A DNA stretch of 46,927 bases, taken from a virus. Taxonomy: Duplodnaviria > Caudoviricetes. This document shows, in pieces, positions 18,376-25,298 of this stretch. The stretch covers positions 1 through 46,927 of the IMG/VR virus record IMGVR_UViG_3300012664_000274. One strand, 5' to 3'. A model generated the notes under the pieces. The model was not told the origin of the DNA, searched no databases, and saw only the letters and a program-made list of their open reading frames with translations. The position numbers and the translations under genes are program-made. Position 1 is the first letter of the stretch, and each line of letters starts with the position of its first letter.

Positions 18376-19493
18376 TGTTCAATCTCAAAATCAGGATTAA
18401 TTCCAACCCATTCTAAAATGCTTTTCTTTTCGTGCAGTTTATCTAAGTGCATCATAATATAATCCATGGCAGTATAGAATTCTGCGCAGTGACCTTCTGG
18501 TTCTCTATCAAATAGATGGTACATGTATTTTAGACCACAACTACTTTCTTTATGGCAACTTAGGCAATCATCTCTGATTCTAGATTTATTGCCAAGGTTT
18601 TTCCATATCTGACGAGTTTTCCAATTACCAATTCTGCCAGCATCAATCTTATATTCTAAGAATTCAAATTCTGGATACATGTATCCATCTGGACCTAAGA
18701 TTAATTTATGATGTTCACCAAAATATGCTTTATCAATCTTGGTATAACAACCATCGACAAACACATTCAAACGCTTGATATAAAGAATCTGGATGAGTTG
18801 AATAAAAGCATCCATAAATTGTGGAATATTAATTCGATCAATAATAACATCGAATTTATCTTTACCACGCTTATGTCTAAGCGGAATAATGTTAATTGTT
18901 CTGCAGTTTGTCTTATAACATGTATTGACAATCGTCTTAATATTGTCAAAAGAGAATGCAGTCTTATTATCTATTGGCATTACAAACTGCCATTGCCAAG
19001 TGTCACAGTACTTGTTTAAGACTTCTGCCATTTCATAAACATCAAAACCTTCACGGTTTTCTTCTTGATACATGAAGTCATAGCTTACAGTTGCACGCAA
19101 AATCTTGTTGTATTTTGCGAAGAACCATTCATTCTCTTTGACCAAAGAACCATTTGTGGTTAACGTAATTTTCCAATCATGTTCAAGCGCCATTGGATAT
19201 AACCATTGCATGATTTGTTCCATACGCTTGATGAATAATAATGGTTCACCGCCATGGAATGAAACTAACTTCAAATCATTTGGTTGTGATACAACCCATT
19301 CGAAGAACTCTTTCATTTCATCGACATTGGTCCTATTCACATTTTGACCACCAATAGATTCGATATAACCTCTATCACAATACACACAATCAAAGTTGCA
19401 TGTATTGCCAAGATATAAAGTTATCAAGTAAACCTTATTCAGCGGTTTACTTGGAATCACATTAATTATAGAGTCTTTCACTGAATGTTCCAT
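18372..19493 (-). CDS. Radical SAM protein with partial SPASM/twitch domain
   Basis: CNFDCVYC, FHGGEPLL, TTNGSL, VSYD; C-terminal GPDGYMYP, CLSC.....C and C. Confidence 0.9.
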   Translation of the reverse strand: MEHSVKDSIINVIPSKPLNKVYLITLYLGNTCNFDCVYCDRGYIESIGGQNVNRTNVDEMKEFFEWVVSQPNDLKLVSFHGGEPLLFIKRMEQIMQWLYPMALEHDWKITLTTNGSLVKENEWFFAKYNKILRATVSYDFMYQEENREGFDVYEMAEVLNKYCDTWQWQFVMPIDNKTAFSFDNIKTIVNTCYKTNCRTINIIPLRHKRGKDKFDVIIDRINIPQFMDAFIQLIQILYIKRLNVFVDGCYTKIDKAYFGEHHKLILGPDGYMYPEFEFLEYKIDAGRIGNWKTRQIWKNLGNKSRIRDDCLSCHKESSCGLKYMYHLFDREPEGHCAEFYTAMDYIMMHLDKLHEKKSILEWVGINPDFEIEQ

Positions 19494-21180
19494 GGAATGT
19501 TTTAGAATTTTGTAATACAGTAATATGTAGCAATGTTAAGTAGAAGCATCTTTCTAACATAGAAGTTGCTTTACGTTTTTCAGGATTATGCAACATACCA
19601 CTCTTTTGCATCACATAATAATAAAATTCGTCAATTTCCATAGAATCATCAGTCATTAGATTCTTAACTTGGTCTACGTAAGTATCTGCTTTAAATTCTG
19701 GATCAATTTCTTTATCAATTATCTTTTTCCAAAGCGCCAATAGATGCTTATAATCTGCATTATCAATTCCAGTATGAACTAATTCATTCTTAGGATGATA
19801 ATTAAAATAATTGAAGAACATTAGATAACTTAGACCACGAACAAATGCAACTTCTTCGCCCATATCATTACATGCTTTTGCAATTGATTCATACTTATTT
19901 CTAGTTTGTTGCTTAATAATATCTTCTTGCAAGTCGACATATAGTTTAACAATCTTTTGGCACATATCATCAGGACTAAACATTTTAGCACCGATATCCA
20001 AATTACCAGCTGGACATTGATAACATGCATTCTTATAATCACAAGTTTGGCACTGTTCCTCAGTTTCAAACATTTTATTATATTCTTGCTTGAATAGATT
20101 ATAACGATCAGTATAAATTACGTCTTGATAAACATTGCCCAAAATGGCTGAATTACCTGCACCAGCTTTTTGGTTTGTGAAGAAATAACAACCGGAAAAA
20201 TCTCCAGATGCATCGATCGCAATCATCTCTGAACCAATCATGCAATTTTCTTCACCTTTTTGACCAACACCTTCAGAGAAGTGGATTTCTAAATTCTCAT
20301 ATTCAGATAATACGAATAGAATATCTTTGTGCAATTGATCCCATTCATTATCTGCCCATTTAATGAAGCCTTTAGATGAGTCTAAGATTAATGGATGTAC
20401 GACAAGTTTTCTAATTCCACGATCATGCAAGTTCTTAACAAACTGCTTGAAATGTGGTGCATTTTCACGAGCAAGTGTGCAACGAATTAATACTCGTTTT
20501 GCAAGTTTAATATCTAATGGCATATCAGCAATTTGTGCCATCAGTTTATCAATTTTATCTTGGCCAATTTCTCTGTGATCGACCTCTGCAATATCAGTGT
20601 CTAACGAGATAAGCATACTAGTAAAATCGTATTTGAAATACTTTTCAACTAGATCTTTTGTGACCAATAATCCATTAGTAACGATACCAATGTTGGTGTT
20701 AATATCACCTTTAGAATTGCGTGACAATTCATCCTGATTCTTTTCTAAGAAGTCAAGAATAATATCTTTATGGATTAGAGGTTCACCGCCGAAGAATTGG
20801 AATACTTTTCTTTGACGATTATTAGAGTTCACTAGGAATCTATATGCAGATAATAGCGACTCATTGGTGAATCGACCAAAATCTTTATTGTGTTGCTCGT
20901 AGCAATATGTACATGACAAATTACATGCATTTGTCAAGATTAAATTCATCTGTTTTAATTCCTGGAACAAATACGACGAATCAGATAGTTTATCTACCTT
21001 TTCAGTATCTGACGGAATAACAGAGATTAATTTATTTTCTTTTACCAACCCTTTAGGCGTGACAATGGTTTGGGATTCAAACTTTAATGTGCCATCACCC
21101 ATTTGAATAACAGAAGCTTTATGTTGTTCTTGCTTTTTAGTTTGTTTTTCTTCGTTTAGCCATATTATATGTTTTTTCAT
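19462..21180 (-). CDS. Radical SAM/SPASM-domain protein (peptide-maturase-like) with C-terminal extension
   Basis: CNLSCTYC, FFGGEPL, VTNGLL, ISLD; CMIG.....IDASGDFSGC and CQTC.....CYQCP...C. Confidence 0.92.
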   Translation of the reverse strand: MKKHIIWLNEEKQTKKQEQHKASVIQMGDGTLKFESQTIVTPKGLVKENKLISVIPSDTEKVDKLSDSSYLFQELKQMNLILTNACNLSCTYCYEQHNKDFGRFTNESLLSAYRFLVNSNNRQRKVFQFFGGEPLIHKDIILDFLEKNQDELSRNSKGDINTNIGIVTNGLLVTKDLVEKYFKYDFTSMLISLDTDIAEVDHREIGQDKIDKLMAQIADMPLDIKLAKRVLIRCTLARENAPHFKQFVKNLHDRGIRKLVVHPLILDSSKGFIKWADNEWDQLHKDILFVLSEYENLEIHFSEGVGQKGEENCMIGSEMIAIDASGDFSGCYFFTNQKAGAGNSAILGNVYQDVIYTDRYNLFKQEYNKMFETEEQCQTCDYKNACYQCPAGNLDIGAKMFSPDDMCQKIVKLYVDLQEDIIKQQTRNKYESIAKACNDMGEEVAFVRGLSYLMFFNYFNYHPKNELVHTGIDNADYKHLLALWKKIIDKEIDPEFKADTYVDQVKNLMTDDSMEIDEFYYYVMQKSGMLHNPEKRKATSMLERCFYLTLLHITVLQNSKTFHGTFSERLYN

Positions 21181-21200
21181 TTCACGCCTATTAGTTTATT

Positions 21201-21413
21201 TTAGAATGTTCCTCTAGAACATTGGCACTGACATTGACATTCACAAACAGTTGTATAATCATCATAGAAAATATGATTATGTGATTGCAAACTTTCAAGC
21301 ACATCTAACATCTGTCTAAATGTGTCTGCAGTAATTAAATCACCTGCACTTTTATTAGGAGGAGTTGAACCACCACCTGTGCCTGATACGTCTGATACGT
21401 TTTCTACGCCCAT
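21201..21413 (-). CDS. 70-aa Cys-rich peptide, putative radical SAM substrate
   Basis: AGGAG Shine-Dalgarno; ends HNHIFYDDYTTVCECQCQCQCSRGTF with five alternating Cys; immediately upstream of four rSAM genes. Confidence 0.75.
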   Translation of the reverse strand: MGVENVSDVSGTGGGSTPPNKSAGDLITADTFRQMLDVLESLQSHNHIFYDDYTTVCECQCQCQCSRGTF

Positions 21414-21421
21414 AATTGCTC

Positions 21422-22330
21422 CTATCGAATAATGTCCACTACGTATTCTTTAAAGAATCTGTTTTTACTTGCATGGAATGTCATATCCATTACAGTTCCA
21501 GTATTCCATCGTAATGAAATATATCCTTTGTCTTTATTTATTGTACTTACACGGATCGTATTTCCATCGAGAACGTAATCAAAATTAGTATCAATCTTGA
21601 TTTTCGCATCTTTGAAAAAATCTCCAAGATGTTCTTTAACGAACCATGAACCAAATGGCTGAATAGTAAATTCATCACCACGGACAAATACATTATTCTC
21701 ACCAATCACTCTAGCATTTTTACTAAACTTAGGTTTAAACACAACATCATTCATATTCTTTAAATGATTTGATATCGTATAAACTTCATTCTCATCATAG
21801 ACTCCATCAATATTATTAATGGTTTGAATAGCATGAGGATTCATAACCATATAATATAATGGCACATCACGAGTTTTAAAACAGAAAAACCATGGAATTA
21901 ATGTAGGGTTTACAACTGTTTTGCCACTAATTAAATCTATTACATCGTTACCATTTCTCATATAGAACGATGCATTTGCAATAACCTCTTGTTGTGAAAG
22001 AGCTTTATTCTCCATGATAGACGCATATAATACAATTTGATCAACTGTATCATCAACTATGCTTGCAATCTTTGAAAAGTTTAATCTAATTTCAGTAGAT
22101 AACAAATCAGGACTATATGGCTTTTTCAAAATCAAACATGACTCATCTTGTGATTTTGTAATAGCAAATCTGTTATCGACTCTTTCGAAAAACGAAATTC
22201 TACTATTATAACCTTCAGCATTATTATTACCATTCAATCCAGGTTTGATACTAACATTCGACATATTGATTGCATCATCCCATGGATCTGGATGCCCAAT
22301 ATTAGTTTGGATTAAAAATACTCTTTTCAT
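21422..22330 (-). CDS. Hypothetical protein within the rSAM cluster
   Basis: 302-aa ORF, ATGA-coupled to the ferritin-like gene; no motif recognised. Confidence 0.65.
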   Translation of the reverse strand: MKRVFLIQTNIGHPDPWDDAINMSNVSIKPGLNGNNNAEGYNSRISFFERVDNRFAITKSQDESCLILKKPYSPDLLSTEIRLNFSKIASIVDDTVDQIVLYASIMENKALSQQEVIANASFYMRNGNDVIDLISGKTVVNPTLIPWFFCFKTRDVPLYYMVMNPHAIQTINNIDGVYDENEVYTISNHLKNMNDVVFKPKFSKNARVIGENNVFVRGDEFTIQPFGSWFVKEHLGDFFKDAKIKIDTNFDYVLDGNTIRVSTINKDKGYISLRWNTGTVMDMTFHASKNRFFKEYVVDIIR

Positions 22331-23118
22331 AATGATTTCCTATATTGCTTCAATTCATTTGGCGTAGTCATTTTATGACCAGTTAAATTAGATGCAATTC
22401 TCAAAATACTTGCTTGCAATCTTTTCTGATCATGCTCATCAAACTTGAGTACATCTTGCAAGAAATGATCAAATAATTCAGGATTTGGCAAGCGTGAATG
22501 CACCGACTTCTTATTTATGTCCAAGGTCGATGCAGCCTTAATGGAAATGAAATATCGATTAGTCATGAATAACTGAAAGACTGCCAAAATACCTTTTGCA
22601 TTGTCTTTAGTATAATACTTTCGCATGAATGCTTTAAATGCACCTGCATGATTTGCTTCATCTAATACTAAAGAACGATATATTTCTTTAATTAATGGCT
22701 CTTCATGCCAATCTGCCATTTTTCTATACCATCTAATGACAGATAATTCAGTGCACATATGCAACGCCATCGTTTCAGCAACTGTCATTGGAGAATCACT
22801 AAACTTAATAGCAACTTCTTCAAATTCGTGCAATGTTGCTTCATGATCAGGAATAAATCGTTTAGAATATTCTTTTAAAATAAATGCATGCTTATGTTCA
22901 TCATGAACCCATTTAGCAATGAATGAATGTAAGTCTAAATCGGTTTCAGGAATTTCTTTCAGCATTGATAATGCCGCAGGCAACGATGCATACTCAATAA
23001 CAGTATTCATCTTAATAACTTCAGCATGAAACGAAGAAAGCTTATCGTCCTGATAAGCTTCCCAATTAATGCTTGATGCATCGAATGATTTGTTCAAATA
23101 TATTTTTTGTGATAACAT
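22327..23118 (-). CDS. Ferritin-like diiron protein (acyl-ACP-desaturase/oxygenase-like)
   Basis: Two E...DExxH units: IEY...WVHDEHKH and TEL...DEANH. Probable ATG at 23118 (the ORF track starts at GTG 23130). Confidence 0.8.
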   Translation of the reverse strand: MLSQKIYLNKSFDASSINWEAYQDDKLSSFHAEVIKMNTVIEYASLPAALSMLKEIPETDLDLHSFIAKWVHDEHKHAFILKEYSKRFIPDHEATLHEFEEVAIKFSDSPMTVAETMALHMCTELSVIRWYRKMADWHEEPLIKEIYRSLVLDEANHAGAFKAFMRKYYTKDNAKGILAVFQLFMTNRYFISIKAASTLDINKKSVHSRLPNPELFDHFLQDVLKFDEHDQKRLQASILRIASNLTGHKMTTPNELKQYRKSL

Positions 23119-23135
23119 AATATAGTCCACGTTTA

Positions 23136-23522
23136 TTATCCAGTTCTATCATCTATTGCGTGATTATGATAACCATATGCACGCATTGCTCCAGCCATTT
23201 CGTTGTGTTTACCAGCAGTGATAGTAGTTGTAGTGCTAACACCACCTAAAGCTCCAGGATTATTACTATAACCACCAGTGCTACTATCACGTATATATGT
23301 ATTTCTATCCCCATTATTACCATACGTTGCAGTTTGGTATAAATCGTCATACGTATGATAGTGACCAATAGCATTGTTGATCAAATTAATCAAGGTTTGA
23401 ATATCACCTTGATACACTATAGCACCAGAAGTAATTTTAGAACGAAGCGTAGAAATATAACCACCTAGATTTCCTAGATCATTGTAATACCAACTTTTGT
23501 GATATCTAGTTACTTGTGCCAT
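23136..23522 (-). CDS. 128-aa protein with two HxHxxDD repeats, homologous to the 70-aa peptide
   Basis: GHYHTYDD and YHNHAIDD are each preceded by a helical segment that aligns without gaps to the 70-aa peptide. Confidence 0.7.
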   Translation of the reverse strand: MAQVTRYHKSWYYNDLGNLGGYISTLRSKITSGAIVYQGDIQTLINLINNAIGHYHTYDDLYQTATYGNNGDRNTYIRDSSTGGYSNNPGALGGVSTTTTITAGKHNEMAGAMRAYGYHNHAIDDRTG

Positions 23523-23523
23523 A

Positions 23524-23955
23524 TTAGTCTAACCTTAAAACTTCATTGAAGAGATATGCGTTTGTGCCATCATGAATTCTAATATAAACATTCTCTGCGT
23601 CTATATTCTTCATGCTTAATAACGGATTAATGATAGCATTGTTAATTATGTCGATAATTTCTGCAGTATTTTGCTTATCGACATAATATTTAATATAGTT
23701 TCTTGATTCTTCGCTAACCATTGAATGTGTCAAGAAGTCAGTGTATATGTTATTGTAACTTGGATCAATGAAAATATCATTTTCTCCAAGCGATTCAGGG
23801 AACATTTCGTTTACTGCTTCATCACTTCCGATGACAGCAATATATTTTTGTACTACATCATGATCAGCGAACACCAAGACATCTTGCAATTCAGGATGTT
23901 GAAATGCATAATCTCTTAGTGCTGCAGCATGTTGTGGATTTACTTGATAAGGCAT
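23524..23955 (-). CDS. Hypothetical protein
   Basis: 143-aa acidic ORF overlapping the upstream fibre stop; no motif recognised. Confidence 0.6.
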   Translation of the reverse strand: MPYQVNPQHAAALRDYAFQHPELQDVLVFADHDVVQKYIAVIGSDEAVNEMFPESLGENDIFIDPSYNNIYTDFLTHSMVSEESRNYIKYYVDKQNTAEIIDIINNAIINPLLSMKNIDAENVYIRIHDGTNAYLFNEVLRLD

Positions 23956-25046
23956 TCTACAATCACTTCACCGAATGTTGCATTAGATTCTAGCGCAAAA
24001 CCAATTGGATTTACTTCACCATAGACTGCGCGCCCATCAAAACCTGCCATGATGCGTTGTCCTTTAATGATTGGACCCATGACACGAACAGGCACACGAC
24101 CAACTAAAGCAATTGCTTGTCCTTCGCTTTCGCTATTCATTAGGTACGCTGGATCTGTTGATACAACACCAATTGCTGGTTGACCAATTGAATATGACGC
24201 AGTACATTCTGAACTTGAACCTGGACCAGCAATAACAACTACTGTTCCTGGCAAATACTCTTGGTCAGTTGTATATTTTTCGGCTAAGTCAGCATATCGA
24301 GCAGCTGTTGCTGTACCATTGAAAACGTTGGCTGTTAAGTTACCAGAGCTATCGCGTGCAGCAACTGTATTACCTGTTGCAGTAACAGTTTGTGTTTGAC
24401 CATTCAACAAGAATGAATCCGCAGCTTTACCAGTTGTGCTTAATGGTGTATAACCAAGTGATGAACTAATATCACCTGCAGCAATTGTACTACCTGCTGT
24501 TGCGCGACCTTTAGAATCAAATGTGATTTTTGTATATGTGCCTGCAGTAATACCGCTATTAGCAAGTGTCAATGCGCTTGTGACATTACCAGAACCATCA
24601 AATGATGTAGTCCAAGTTGCATCACCTGTGATACTAATTGAACGTGCAGTTGCTAATCTAGAAGCTGTACCACTTGCATTACCTGTTAAGTCACCTGTTA
24701 CATTACCTGTGACGTTACCTGTTAAGTTACCAGTTACATTACCAACTAATGGACCGTTGAATTGAGTGGCAGTCATTTGTCCAGTAACTTGTAAGTTACC
24801 AACTGCATCTAGTGTCAATTCAAATGTATCAGAAGTGTCAACACTAATTTTGAATGTAGTATTTGGTGTCGCTTCGATCATATCGCTAATTGGTTTTAGC
24901 GTAGATCTAATTTCATTCATGCCATCGACTACAGTTTGTGCTGTAGTTTCAAGTAAAGACGTATCACCAATGAAAGCACCGATTTCGTTGGTCTTAGTTC
25001 TCCATGTTTCAAACGTGTCTTGGATATTTACGTTAATAGCTGACAT
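23940..25046 (-). CDS. Baseplate-attached fibre/spike protein with a C-terminal peptidase-G2/intramolecular-chaperone-like domain
   Basis: N-terminal DTFETWRTKTNEI anchor, GNVT repeats, AGTYTKIT.D.KGR.T fibre motif, C-terminal YADLAEKY...GTVV...IGVVST.PAYLMN...ALVGRVPV.V.G.I.KG. Confidence 0.68.
   Translation of the reverse strand: MSAINVNIQDTFETWRTKTNEIGAFIGDTSLLETTAQTVVDGMNEIRSTLKPISDMIEATPNTTFKISVDTSDTFELTLDAVGNLQVTGQMTATQFNGPLVGNVTGNLTGNVTGNVTGDLTGNASGTASRLATARSISITGDATWTTSFDGSGNVTSALTLANSGITAGTYTKITFDSKGRATAGSTIAAGDISSSLGYTPLSTTGKAADSFLLNGQTQTVTATGNTVAARDSSGNLTANVFNGTATAARYADLAEKYTTDQEYLPGTVVVIAGPGSSSECTASYSIGQPAIGVVSTDPAYLMNSESEGQAIALVGRVPVRVMGPIIKGQRIMAGFDGRAVYGEVNPIGFALESNATFGEVIVECLIK
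24670..24750 (-). repeat. 12-bp tandem repeat encoding (G-N/D-V/L-T)n
   Basis: GNVTGNLTGNVTGNVTGDLTGNASG; recurring ttacctgt-like units on the + strand; coordinates approximate. Confidence 0.8.
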
Positions 25047-25298
25047 TTAATTCTCTCTATTTTGAATATTTGCTACTAGAATTGAAAGCATCTGTTTAAT
25101 ATCACCCAATTCTTGTTTGATGTTGTTAATATCATCGTCGTGTTTAGCTAAAGCGTTTTCCATAGCTCTTCGTTTTTCACGACGATTGATATATGCATTA
25201 TAGCCTTCGTCATCTGTATTTATGATTGCACGTGAAACAGGGTCTCGTAAGAGCCTTGTTTCACTTTCAACCTTTAGCATATCATTATGCACAAGCAA
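25047..25298 (-). CDS. Conserved T4-like phage protein
   Basis: KVE....L.RD..S.AIINTD...Y..Y followed by a coiled coil; typically follows the large virion protein. Confidence 0.7.
   Translation of the reverse strand: MLVHNDMLKVESETRLLRDPVSRAIINTDDEGYNAYINRREKRRAMENALAKHDDDINNIKQELGDIKQMLSILVANIQNREN

Noticed and set aside
8546-21180. 7-deazaguanine DNA-modification pathway (QueC-like PP-loop plus QueE-like rSAM)
   Set aside because: The PP-loop protein lacks the QueC Zn-binding Cys cluster, the rSAMs are long SPASM-type proteins, no FolE, QueD or DpdA is visible, and the context is structural.
15284-21413. PQQ biosynthesis operon
   Set aside because: The fold types are analogous, but the peptide has no ExxxY core and no PqqB or PqqD is recognisable.
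22327-23130. Ribonucleotide reductase beta subunit (NrdB)
   Set aside because: Shorter than typical NrdB, no recognisable NrdB motifs, and no alpha subunit nearby.
21201-23522. HNH tripeptides as HNH homing endonucleases
   Set aside because: These are literal His-Asn-His residues in short proteins, without the spaced beta-beta-alpha-metal nuclease motif.
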